Source of the DNA: a virus
Taxonomy: Duplodnaviria > Caudoviricetes
Strand: one strand, 5' to 3'
IMG/VR virus record: IMGVR_UViG_3300036833_000307
Span: 38,564-102,563 of that record
Length of the DNA stretch: 64,000 nucleotides
The stretch's first letter is position 1; every line of letters starts with the position of its first letter. Of the stretch, positions 16,682 through 24,965 are shown in pieces. The notes below the pieces were generated by a model, which worked only from the letters and a program-made list of their open reading frames with translations, had not been told where the DNA came from and made no database searches. The position numbers and the translations under genes were made by a program.

Positions 16682-17332
16682 ATGGCGATGCCAGCCCATA
16701 AGAACTATCGCGTCAATCGCGATGCGTTCAAACCTCCCCTGTCAGCAGCGGCTGAATATTGGCTTGGCTTTCTGTTGGCAGATGGGAATATCGACCAAGG
16801 CGGCTACTGGCTACAGATTTTGCTGAGAGCAGGTGACAGAGATCACTTGCAAAAATTCCGCACGTTTATGAAAGCCGAGACGCCAATCTATGACAGATTT
16901 ATCAACGGTTATTCGCTCGTGCAGCTACGAATTGGATCAGTCAAAATCTGCCAGGATCTGATCGCCCTGGGTGTCGTTCCAAGAAAATCCCTCAAGCAGC
17001 GAGCCGCTGACTGCGTCAAGCATAGTTGGCACTTCTGGCGAGGGATAATCGACGGCAATGGTTATGTCTCGATGGATCGGTTGCAACTCAGCGGGGGCAA
17101 AACTCTGCTGAGGCAATGGATCCAGTTCTCTCGGCATAGAAACTCAACGCCAAAACTCCGGCAAAGCCGAAGCCATGCTTCTGAGGTTTTCTATGCCACC
17201 TGTTACGGCAGGACAATGCGTAGATTGCTTCACCACCTCTACAGCAAAGCCTCAGTGGCAATGCGTTTGGAGCGCAAGTTCCAGATAGCGGTGGCGACCT
17301 TAAGCAGGTTTCCGCAGGAGGATCACACATGA
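16682..17332 (+). CDS. free-standing two-motif LAGLIDADG homing endonuclease
   Basis: YWLGFLLADG and FWRGIIDGNG motifs, LG..PRKS; visibly lower GC than neighbours. Confidence 0.85.
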   Translation: MAMPAHKNYRVNRDAFKPPLSAAAEYWLGFLLADGNIDQGGYWLQILLRAGDRDHLQKFRTFMKAETPIYDRFINGYSLVQLRIGSVKICQDLIALGVVPRKSLKQRAADCVKHSWHFWRGIIDGNGYVSMDRLQLSGGKTLLRQWIQFSRHRNSTPKLRQSRSHASEVFYATCYGRTMRRLLHHLYSKASVAMRLERKFQIAVATLSRFPQEDHT

Positions 17333-17589
17333 CCAACATCGACTGGAGCGATCCAGTCGATCGCCTGCGCTTGGTCGAAAAGCTTGGCGCAGCTCAATAC
17401 AACGAAGCCTACCGACGCTGGCTCGCCTCGATCGTCGTCGCGACGGTCAACGGGCGCAACATCCATCCCGTCCAAACGAAATACGGTCGCCTCTATGCGG
17501 TGTCGAACACCGGCAAGGCGTTCGCCACCCAACAGGAGGCCGAAAACTACGCTGCTCAACTACCCAACCAGGAGAACGACAATGTCTGA
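17329..17589 (+). CDS. hypothetical protein
   Basis: coupled ORF, GGAGG RBS. Confidence 0.65.
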   Translation: MTNIDWSDPVDRLRLVEKLGAAQYNEAYRRWLASIVVATVNGRNIHPVQTKYGRLYAVSNTGKAFATQQEAENYAAQLPNQENDNV

Positions 17590-17989
17590 CGACGACAACG
17601 CCTATCGTGTCATTACGCTCAGCAACCGCGCTCCGGTACGGATTGTGCACGCGGACTGGCCGGTCATCGCCCGTGGCGACTTCAGCCACTTCGTTGGCGA
17701 AACCGCCGATGAGGCAAGCCGGTCATGGCGGACCCGCATTCGCGTGCGCCAGCATGCGGACGGACGGACCATCGCCTACGGTGTGTATAACTATCAGACC
17801 CAGTTCCAGCGCGAACAGGATCAGACCTGTCAGGCTGGCCTGTTGGTAACCGACGAGGATCTGGTTGCGGCCATTCAGACGGTTGTTGGGCTGCTGACGG
17901 CGCGGATCACCGATCGAGAAGAACACCCGAACGTCGAGGCGGCAGGTGATGCCGCCATCGCCGATTTGCCGCCGGAGGACCTGACATGA
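17582..17989 (+). CDS. hypothetical protein
   Basis: start MSDDD after AGGAG. Confidence 0.65.
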   Translation: MSDDDNAYRVITLSNRAPVRIVHADWPVIARGDFSHFVGETADEASRSWRTRIRVRQHADGRTIAYGVYNYQTQFQREQDQTCQAGLLVTDEDLVAAIQTVVGLLTARITDREEHPNVEAAGDAAIADLPPEDLT

Positions 17990-18198
17990 GTGACGCCCAA
18001 CTTGTCGCTCATGCGCTGCACTTGCTGAAGACCAAGCCGCACTATGTCGCGGACGCCCGCCAGGGCGCTCGTCTCGGCAATTCGATTATCGGCAGCATCA
18101 TGAACCTGACGCTGAAGTCTCCGCGCCAGATGACCGAGGCCGCCGTGGTCGAAGCGCTGCAGCTCCTCGACGCCGAAAAGCGGAGGCAACAGCCATGA
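17986..18198 (+). CDS. hypothetical protein
   Basis: ATGA-coupled, GGAGG RBS. Confidence 0.6.
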   Translation: MSDAQLVAHALHLLKTKPHYVADARQGARLGNSIIGSIMNLTLKSPRQMTEAAVVEALQLLDAEKRRQQP

Positions 18199-18338
18199 GA
18201 AAACCCAACCGGGCGAATGACGCGTTTCCCAACCTCAGTCCAGGCGAACGTGAGTTCATCCTGACCGGCGTAACGCCGCAGGAATGGCAACAGCTGGTGG
18301 TTGGTCCGCCCGATGATGAGGAGGGCGATCCATGCTGA
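18195..18338 (+). CDS. 47-aa phage protein (DAFPNLSP.EREFI.TG.TP.EW type)
   Basis: manual translation; coupled at both ends. Confidence 0.55.
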   Translation: MRKPNRANDAFPNLSPGEREFILTGVTPQEWQQLVVGPPDDEEGDPC

Positions 18339-18718
18339 AACCTGCCGCACTCCTCAATGGATTGAGCCAGTTCTGCGGGACCGAGAAATGGACCCGTCAC
18401 GCACTGGCCCGCAACGTCGTCATGACCGATGGCATCCTTTATTTGCGTGAAAACGCGGACTGCTACTGGCTGATCGACGCAATCGCTTCGCACATCGCGA
18501 CGAACGCTACCTTGCAGAAGGTGCCATACCAGCACTGGATGCTCTGGTGCTTTGGTGAAGAAGCCAACAGCGCCGTACTTTCTGCCAGCGGCTCAGGTGA
18601 TCCGATTGTTACACAGAAGTTCGAGGTCACCAATTTCCCGCTGCCGGAGATCAGGCTGCTAGCGGTGTGGGACGAGGGCATGCGCGCCTTCGTCCTGATG
18701 CTGCCAAGCGAATACTGA
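18332..18718 (+). CDS. DUF6876-like protein
   Basis: L.QF.GTE.W.RH....TDG..YL.E.A.CYWLIDAIAS...VLMLPSEY. Confidence 0.7.
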   Translation: MLKPAALLNGLSQFCGTEKWTRHALARNVVMTDGILYLRENADCYWLIDAIASHIATNATLQKVPYQHWMLWCFGEEANSAVLSASGSGDPIVTQKFEVTNFPLPEIRLLAVWDEGMRAFVLMLPSEY

Positions 18719-18730
18719 GGAGGACGGGCG

Positions 18731-19195
18731 ATGAATGACCGTCCGCCTGCAGGCATCGGGCACAACCGCCCGCCCGCTCAATCGCGCTTGGCCAAGCTGC
18801 CGCTGGACGCCGAAGCCGTGCAGCGCCTCATCGAGGAGCTGCACCGGCTCAGGGCGGCCGCGATCACCGAATGCCAGGGACACATCCGCGACTATGTGCA
18901 GGTGTCGCCCTGGCGGTTCTCGCCGTCGCGGTTGGAGAGGTGGCCAACCGGCCGGCAGACCCTGGCGACCATCCTGGACCTCACCTGGCCCCAAGCGATC
19001 GCCAAGCGATTGCCGCAGATCGCACGAGTGGAGCGCAAGCTCGCCCGCCTCTGTGCGGACTGGCCGGGCCTCTCCGAGGCCCAGCTCACCGAAGCGCCGT
19101 GCGGTGAATTTTTCAGCACAGCGGTCGGCGATACGTGGTCGGTAAGATCGTTATTGACGGGAAAGGAGGCGCCGTTATGCCGCAGGCCAAAGTGA
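18731..19195 (+). CDS. hypothetical protein
   Basis: GIGHNRPP N-terminal motif; GGAGG RBS. Confidence 0.55.
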   Translation: MNDRPPAGIGHNRPPAQSRLAKLPLDAEAVQRLIEELHRLRAAAITECQGHIRDYVQVSPWRFSPSRLERWPTGRQTLATILDLTWPQAIAKRLPQIARVERKLARLCADWPGLSEAQLTEAPCGEFFSTAVGDTWSVRSLLTGKEAPLCRRPK

Positions 19196-19314
19196 TCTTT
19201 TTCGCGCTCGCCGGCGGCCTCGTGGTCGGGACGCTGGTGGATCACTGGATCGCCTTCACCCTGGCCGCTGCCGCCCTCGCGGCCGGCTTTATCCTCGAAT
19301 ACCGGGAGGACTGA
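19177..19314 (+). CDS. 45-aa two-helix membrane peptide
   Basis: AAAGGAGG RBS; MPQAKVIFFALAGGLVVGTLVDHWIAFTLAAAALAAGFILEYRED*. Confidence 0.6.
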   Translation: MPQAKVIFFALAGGLVVGTLVDHWIAFTLAAAALAAGFILEYRED

Positions 19315-19317
19315 ACC

Positions 19318-19548
19318 ATGGACCAAATCCACGAAATGGATGAACTGCTCGCTTATCTCGATGAGATGACCAAGCGAGCCAAATCAGCCGCTCCCTTCGG
19401 GGTTAAGGCGAATGTCGAAAGCATCTGCGCGCACATGTGGCAGCGGTTTACCCCGCACGCGTTGAGCTTTTGGACGCCGGCAGGAGTGTTGCAGCACATC
19501 GCTACTTGTCTGTCGCCACCCGAACCCGAAGCGGATGAGGAGGACTGA
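19318..19548 (+). CDS. hypothetical protein
   Basis: GGAGG RBS. Confidence 0.6.
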   Translation: MDQIHEMDELLAYLDEMTKRAKSAAPFGVKANVESICAHMWQRFTPHALSFWTPAGVLQHIATCLSPPEPEADEED

Positions 19549-19551
19549 GCC

Positions 19552-19770
19552 ATGGCCGGACTTCGCAAATGGGAAAGAGGCGACAGTCCCTGGTCGGACG
19601 CAACTGTGGTTCACCTGCGCCAGCTGTGGGGCACCGACCTTTCCGCCACCAAGATCGGTCGCAAGCTCGGCGTGTCGAAGAGCGCCGTCATCAGCAAGGC
19701 GCATCGGCTCGATCTGCCGGCGCGGCGGTCGCCGATCAAACGCCAAAGCAAGGGGAGCATAGACGCATGA
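19552..19770 (+). CDS. GcrA-like protein, N-terminal HTH domain only
   Basis: WS...V..LRQLW...LSA..IG..LGVSK.AVI.KAHRL.LPAR.SP matches the GcrA N-terminal domain. Confidence 0.8.
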   Translation: MAGLRKWERGDSPWSDATVVHLRQLWGTDLSATKIGRKLGVSKSAVISKAHRLDLPARRSPIKRQSKGSIDA

Positions 19771-19973
19771 GCACCGTCATTATCACCATCGACACCGAAA
19801 ACGACGTCTTCGCTGGCAACCCAGCCGGAGAAGTCGCGCGGATCCTTGAGGAGCTCGTCGTCACGCTACGCGACGGCCATCCACGGATGGGCACGACAGC
19901 GTTGCGCGACATCAACGGCAACCGTGTCGGCTCGATGAAGATCGTCCAGGGAGAGACTAATGATGGTTGCTGA
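19767..19973 (+). CDS. hypothetical phage protein
   Basis: I.IDTENDVF...EVARIL...LRDINGN.VG. Confidence 0.65.
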   Translation: MSTVIITIDTENDVFAGNPAGEVARILEELVVTLRDGHPRMGTTALRDINGNRVGSMKIVQGETNDGC

Positions 19974-20172
19974 TCAAAAACGCAGCAATGTCCGCCAGCG
20001 ACTGCAACGGATGGACTTCCATCCCTGGCATCGCTGCTACGGGCTCGACGTGTGGCGTAACCACATTCGCGAATGGTGGTTCTCGGTCAACGGTCAGATC
20101 GTCTCGAAGGAACATGGCATCGATGCCGCCGTCGCCTTCGTGATGGCCAATGGCTGGGAGGATCAACCATGA
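19960..20172 (+). CDS. hypothetical protein
   Basis: coupled ORF. Confidence 0.5.
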   Translation: MMVADQKRSNVRQRLQRMDFHPWHRCYGLDVWRNHIREWWFSVNGQIVSKEHGIDAAVAFVMANGWEDQP

Positions 20173-20390
20173 CCGGCTATGTCACTGTCATGAGCCCGTG
20201 CATTGGGTGCGGGCGCGTTTTCTCCTACAACCCGCATCGGGTGCCATCGTCATCGGCGCTGACCGGCGAACGAGAGCCGATCTGCCGCCCGTGCGTGGAT
20301 CGCCTCAACGTCATACGCAAGGCGAAGGGCCTGGAGCCCATCGTCCCCGCAGCGGATGCTTACGAGGCGATCGAGGAGAGCGAGCTATGA
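20169..20390 (+). CDS. Zn-binding small protein
   Basis: CIGC...ICRPC; GGAGG RBS. Confidence 0.6.
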   Translation: MTGYVTVMSPCIGCGRVFSYNPHRVPSSSALTGEREPICRPCVDRLNVIRKAKGLEPIVPAADAYEAIEESEL

Positions 20391-20761
20391 ACGCGCTATT
20401 CCCCGATTGCCGCCAGCCCGACGACTGCGAGTGCCGCAAGCGCGGCTACGAGCATGAGGCGGACAGCTGCCGGATCCCGCTGGTTAAGCGAGCCATCGAG
20501 ACGCTGTTTTTCAGCGACGACGATCTGTTGGAATGGAGTGACGACATGCTGATGCAGTTCGTCGCCGCTGCCATTCTGGTCGCCGAAGGCACGGTGCCAC
20601 CGCTGCCCGAACAGGGCGAAGGCCTCCGCCTGGTCCCCTGGGCGATCGCGCATGTCTCGCCCCAGGTGTTCGCCGCTGCCGTCAAACGCGCCGAAGCGAT
20701 GCCGCCCAGCGAACGCGGGCAGCATCTGCGCAAGGCGATCGATGGCGCCACCGATGCATGA
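20387..20761 (+). CDS. hypothetical protein
   Basis: start MNALF, ATGA-coupled. Confidence 0.55.
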   Translation: MNALFPDCRQPDDCECRKRGYEHEADSCRIPLVKRAIETLFFSDDDLLEWSDDMLMQFVAAAILVAEGTVPPLPEQGEGLRLVPWAIAHVSPQVFAAAVKRAEAMPPSERGQHLRKAIDGATDA

Positions 20762-21438
20762 CGAAAGACAATGGGATGAGTAACAACCCAGATGTTCGCT
20801 CAATCGCTTCGGATGTCGATATCGACGCTCTGTTCGAAGGCAATACCGTTGCCAGGCTTTTGCCAGGCGGTGGTTATGCCATCGAGGCAAGGCCTCCAGG
20901 AGGCCGCCAATGCGGCACCTGCACGCTGTGCTGTAAGCTCGTCCCGGTCCCCGAGATCCGGAAGTCCGCCGGCGAGCGCTGCCGTTATCAGCAGGCCGGC
21001 AAAGGCTGCCGGGTGTATCGCAAGCCGGGCTTCCCCCGCAGCTGCCTGCTATGGAGCTGCCGGTGGCTGTCTGATCCCGATACTGCGGGGCTGGCCCGGC
21101 CGGATCGCTCGCACTGCGTGATCGACGTGATGACCGACGTGGTGCAACTCGGCGGCCAGCAGGTGCCGGTCATTCAGATCTGGGTGGACCCGGCGTTTCG
21201 CGACGCCTGGCGCACCCAGGAGATGAAGGCCTACATCGAGCGGGTCGGCAAAAGCTATGGCTGCATGACGATCATTCGCTGGGACGCCGAAAGCGGCCTG
21301 GTGGTCTGTCCACCGGCACTTTCAGAGGACGGCGAATGGCACGAGCGATCCGGCCAATCGATGCCGCGCGACGCGTTCGAGGCGCAGATCCTGGCTGACG
21401 CCAGGGCCGCGAAACTTGCGCAAACAAAATCCAACTGA
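20758..21438 (+). CDS. Cys-rich metal-binding (YkgJ/CxxCxxCC-like) protein
   Basis: CGTCTLCCK...C...CRVY..P..C..W.C.WL. Confidence 0.7.
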   Translation: MTKDNGMSNNPDVRSIASDVDIDALFEGNTVARLLPGGGYAIEARPPGGRQCGTCTLCCKLVPVPEIRKSAGERCRYQQAGKGCRVYRKPGFPRSCLLWSCRWLSDPDTAGLARPDRSHCVIDVMTDVVQLGGQQVPVIQIWVDPAFRDAWRTQEMKAYIERVGKSYGCMTIIRWDAESGLVVCPPALSEDGEWHERSGQSMPRDAFEAQILADARAAKLAQTKSN

Positions 21439-21455
21439 ATCCTACTCGATCCAAT

Positions 21456-21525
21456 AACCCCCCCCACGGTCCGGGCCCCAACGAACTTGTTCGTTGGGTT
21501 CCCGGTGCGGCCGTGGGGGGTTTTT
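21456..21525. terminator. long hairpin terminator between the convergent arms
   Basis: about 70-nt imperfect inverted repeat ending in TTTTT at the early/late convergence point. Confidence 0.75.
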
Positions 21526-21529
21526 GCGT

Positions 21530-23608
21530 TCAGCGTCGCCAGGAGTGCTGTGGCCGGTCCTGATAGCCTCGCTCCAGGTCGAAGGTCGCGCTGTTGGCGA
21601 ACAGCCACTCGCACGCCGCGGCGTAGTCGGGGTCGATCCGCGCCGCTTCGGCCAGCACCGAGTTCATCAACTCGGCGTACTGCCGGATATCGCCTGGCGG
21701 CCAGGGCGAGCCGTCCGCGAGCACGAAGCCATGCTGGTTGGGTCGTGATGGATCGGCGCTCTGACCGCGCTCGCCGGTCAACTCCTGTGATTGTTCCCAG
21801 GTGCCACCGGCCCAGTACCAGTTGTAGCAAAGCCCGTTAGCGGGATTGTACTGCCCGTGCGCGGAAAACCGCTCGGTGATGTATGGCTTGAGCTTGTCGA
21901 GACAGTCGCGTGCCTGCGGCAGCCTCATGCGGATCGCGCGGATCAGCGTCGAGAGGTAGTAGTCCTGCTGCCACGGCGCCATGGCCGGCGGTGTCTCGGA
22001 GCCGTAGACGCCAGGGATGCTCAATTGCGCCTCGGTTGCGGTTTTTTCCAGCGTCTTCAGCCGCGTGAAGTTGTCCTGCACCATCGGCGCGAACACCGCC
22101 GACATTGCCGGCGAGATGTAGGCGCTGTCGATAAGCTGGCGCAGCGACCAAGCTTGCGAGCGCACCTGGATGTCGCCGCCGTAGACACCTTTCTCGTTGC
22201 CGCGCGAGCCGGGCGGCACCCACATGATGGCCCAGCCCGCCTGCGCGTCCAGCATATCGAGCCGATGCCGGTCGCCGGTCAGGAGATACGGCAGGTAATG
22301 CGCGTCCGGCTGATGGCCGGCTTCCGGCGACCAGCCGGTTCCCGCGGTGTCGATCGGCTGGGTCAGTCCGCCCTGCGCTGCGCTCTGGCGCGGATCGGCC
22401 CACAGCAGCGGGCGATCTTGCGGGTTGAGCCAACGGTAGTGCTCGATGTCCCACAGGTGCCACGGACAGGAACCCGCTGCGTCCGACATCGCCACCGCGT
22501 AGGCGTAGGCGCGCGGGTCCTGTGAGATGAGCCAGGCGGCGTTCCACAGCGGGTCGGGGCCGATGTCCGGCCGGCCGCCGCCGGCGCCCATGTACATCGC
22601 GAAATCGCCCGGACCCAGGGGATCGAACTTCGGTCCGTCGCACGGCTTGGCGAGCACCGCTTCGGCGACCGGACCCGGGCCGTAGACGTGCACCGCGCCA
22701 GAGGCCTCGAGCGCGGCGCGATCGTGGGCGATGAAATGCCCTGGCGCATCGCCGATCCAGTACGTGTGGTGCCAGATCTGGTATTGGTGGTGCGTCAGCG
22801 GCCCGACGGCATAGACCTGCTGACCATTTGCGGTGAGCGCCATGGTATAGGTCTGCGCGCCGCCTTCCGGTCCCATCGCGCCGTCGTTGCGGAAGCCGAA
22901 GACGATGCGGACAGTATCGTCTTGGTAGCGGCGGATATCGATTACCAGCCGCATAGCCGCGTGCACCGGCAGCACGTAACGCGTCTCGCTGGCGGACGAT
23001 CCCTCGAAATACATGCTGCCTGGCCCGCTGGCGAGGATCTGGTCGAGATCGAAGACCATGGGACCGTCATTGAAATCGAGCGTCAGCACCACGGATTTAG
23101 GCAACGGTCCGATGCCTACCATCGTCCCAGCCGATGCTGGATCAGCAAGGCTGAGTTCTACATCGTGGCTCTCGCCAGGAGCCAATGCGGGAGCGGCGAT
23201 AGTGATCGCGCCATGGCGGACGGTGCCGTCCTCATGAACCATCAATGGATTGAGTTGTTGGCCGGCGATGCCGGCGCCGGCTGGCACCTGACCTGGCGCA
23301 AACGGCAACGCGAAAGTCAACAGTCGCTCAGCGATCGCAGCAGGACCGATATTGCGCAGTCGCAGAGTTGCCAACGTGGCACCCGGCACTGGCGGCAGTT
23401 CGGTATCCGGCGGCTGCTCTCCCGGTGGGACAATCGGGCCCGGATGGCCGGGCACCGGCGGTATCGGGTGCTCCGGGTGCAGCGGCGGCTGCGGTGGCTC
23501 TGGTTCCGGTTTTCCGCCACCTGGCGGATGTTCCGGATGCGGCGGATGCTCCGGATGCGGCGGATGCTCGTCGGGTTTGCTTGTGTCGGGCTTGGTGGGC
23601 TTGGCCAT
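21530..23608 (-). CDS. large enzyme-like protein, possibly a polysaccharide-lyase-type fold, with Pro/His-rich N-terminus
   Basis: HPPHPE repeats; TFALPFAPGQVP and DGTVRHG N-terminal region; aromatic-rich helical C-terminus (HQP..YLPYLLTGD, QVRSQAWSLR). Confidence 0.5.
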   Translation of the reverse strand: MAKPTKPDTSKPDEHPPHPEHPPHPEHPPGGGKPEPEPPQPPLHPEHPIPPVPGHPGPIVPPGEQPPDTELPPVPGATLATLRLRNIGPAAIAERLLTFALPFAPGQVPAGAGIAGQQLNPLMVHEDGTVRHGAITIAAPALAPGESHDVELSLADPASAGTMVGIGPLPKSVVLTLDFNDGPMVFDLDQILASGPGSMYFEGSSASETRYVLPVHAAMRLVIDIRRYQDDTVRIVFGFRNDGAMGPEGGAQTYTMALTANGQQVYAVGPLTHHQYQIWHHTYWIGDAPGHFIAHDRAALEASGAVHVYGPGPVAEAVLAKPCDGPKFDPLGPGDFAMYMGAGGGRPDIGPDPLWNAAWLISQDPRAYAYAVAMSDAAGSCPWHLWDIEHYRWLNPQDRPLLWADPRQSAAQGGLTQPIDTAGTGWSPEAGHQPDAHYLPYLLTGDRHRLDMLDAQAGWAIMWVPPGSRGNEKGVYGGDIQVRSQAWSLRQLIDSAYISPAMSAVFAPMVQDNFTRLKTLEKTATEAQLSIPGVYGSETPPAMAPWQQDYYLSTLIRAIRMRLPQARDCLDKLKPYITERFSAHGQYNPANGLCYNWYWAGGTWEQSQELTGERGQSADPSRPNQHGFVLADGSPWPPGDIRQYAELMNSVLAEAARIDPDYAAACEWLFANSATFDLERGYQDRPQHSWRR

Positions 23609-23634
23609 CGGTTGTCTCCTCTTTCAGGATCAAC

Positions 23635-23775
23635 TTGACGGGACTGCTAAAATCTGGCACACATGAATGTGCCAGGCAGGCCGGGCTCGGCATGACGTGG
23701 CACGGTGCGGCGCGGCTGGGCTCGACATGGCATGGCCCGGCAGGCACGGGACCCTCCGGCTTCGGCCGGAGGGTC
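23635..23775 (+). ncRNA. promoter-pentamer repeat-hairpin unit E4 (antisense to flanking genes)
   Basis: TTGACG-N17-CACACA; pentamers 23671-23749; perfect 11-bp stem with TTCG loop at 23750-23775. Confidence 0.7.
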
Positions 23776-24460
23776 ATTGCAGCCGCAGGATCGCATGCGT
23801 TGCGTCAGCGGCAGGCATGACGATGGTAAAGGTTCCTGATGCGACTTGTTGGCGGCCACCGAAGTCGCCGGCATAGATCGCTCTGCCGCTGCCCGTAGTA
23901 CTGGCGCCGCTGGCGCCACCGAGGCGAGGATTGACACCGGAATTGTAAATTATGCAGCCATCGCTATCAATTGTGGCACTGGTCCAACTGATGGTGCCGC
24001 CAAAGCTGACGAACGCGGTAGAGCCGGCCACAGCGGGCGAGACGTTGCTGAGCCCCAGGCCGCCCGCGGCGTAGCCAACGCCGACCACCTCATCGACGTT
24101 GCTGGTGACATCGGCGTAGTTCACCGACGCCGCGCCGTAGGTGCCAACCGGAGCGTGCCGGATCAGCGCAATCCGGAACACATCGCCGTTGAAGCTCAGC
24201 GCGACGCCGGTCGCGGTGGCGGTAGCGTTCGGATAGATCTTGATCGCCGTGGCGCTGGTGATCTGCGAGACGATGCAGCCGACCGGGATCCCGGGGCCCG
24301 AAACGCGCATTCCGACGCTGATCCCGACCATGCTAGCGAGCGTATCGACAATATCATTGCTATAAGTGTTGCCGGTCGTGTTCACGGTGCCGCCGAAGCA
24401 ATGGGCGCCGGCGAACAGCTCGGACTTGAAACTGGTCGGCATCGCGGTGGTGATTGCCAT
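23774..24460 (-). CDS. putative virion structural / tail-associated protein
   Basis: start MAITTAM.TSFK.EL; C-terminal DFGG.....GTFTI..P....AILRL. Confidence 0.7.
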   Translation of the reverse strand: MAITTAMPTSFKSELFAGAHCFGGTVNTTGNTYSNDIVDTLASMVGISVGMRVSGPGIPVGCIVSQITSATAIKIYPNATATATGVALSFNGDVFRIALIRHAPVGTYGAASVNYADVTSNVDEVVGVGYAAGGLGLSNVSPAVAGSTAFVSFGGTISWTSATIDSDGCIIYNSGVNPRLGGASGASTTGSGRAIYAGDFGGRQQVASGTFTIVMPAADATHAILRLQ

Positions 24461-24473
24461 TGGACTAGCTCCC

Positions 24474-24965
24474 TCAGGCGGCAGCGGCGGCCACAGGCGG
24501 CTCTGGCAAGTCCGGCAGCCCATGAACCCGGCGATAAGCCAGACCGGCCTCCAGCCGCGTCCTGTCGGCGTGCCAGAGACGTTCGATGTGACGGATGTGG
24601 CGGATGTGGTCGGTCACCACCTGACGGATCGCGTCGATCACCTCGGGACCGCCGATATGGCCTTCCCAGGGTGTGCCAGCGGCGGTCGCCTGCAGTTCGG
24701 CGAACAGGTGGCCGAAATCCGGATGGCCGTCGAGTTCGGTGGCAAAGCAGGCTGCGGCGTCGTCGCGCAGCGATTTGCGTTCCGCCTCCTGGATCGCTTG
24801 GTAATGCTCGGCCAGCACCTCGAGCAGCCGGCCGCGCAGAATGATGCCCTGCGACTGATGTTCGGCCGGGATGCCGTCGAGCGGGATGAGGTCTTCGCAG
24901 GTGACACGAGCCCAGTCGGCGGCGGCGTGGGGTCCGCCGGGAGTTGCCAGCACGCGGTTGTACAT
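24474..24965 (-). CDS. hypothetical protein
   Basis: coupled ORF, GGAGG RBS. Confidence 0.6.
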   Translation of the reverse strand: MYNRVLATPGGPHAAADWARVTCEDLIPLDGIPAEHQSQGIILRGRLLEVLAEHYQAIQEAERKSLRDDAAACFATELDGHPDFGHLFAELQATAAGTPWEGHIGGPEVIDAIRQVVTDHIRHIRHIERLWHADRTRLEAGLAYRRVHGLPDLPEPPVAAAAA

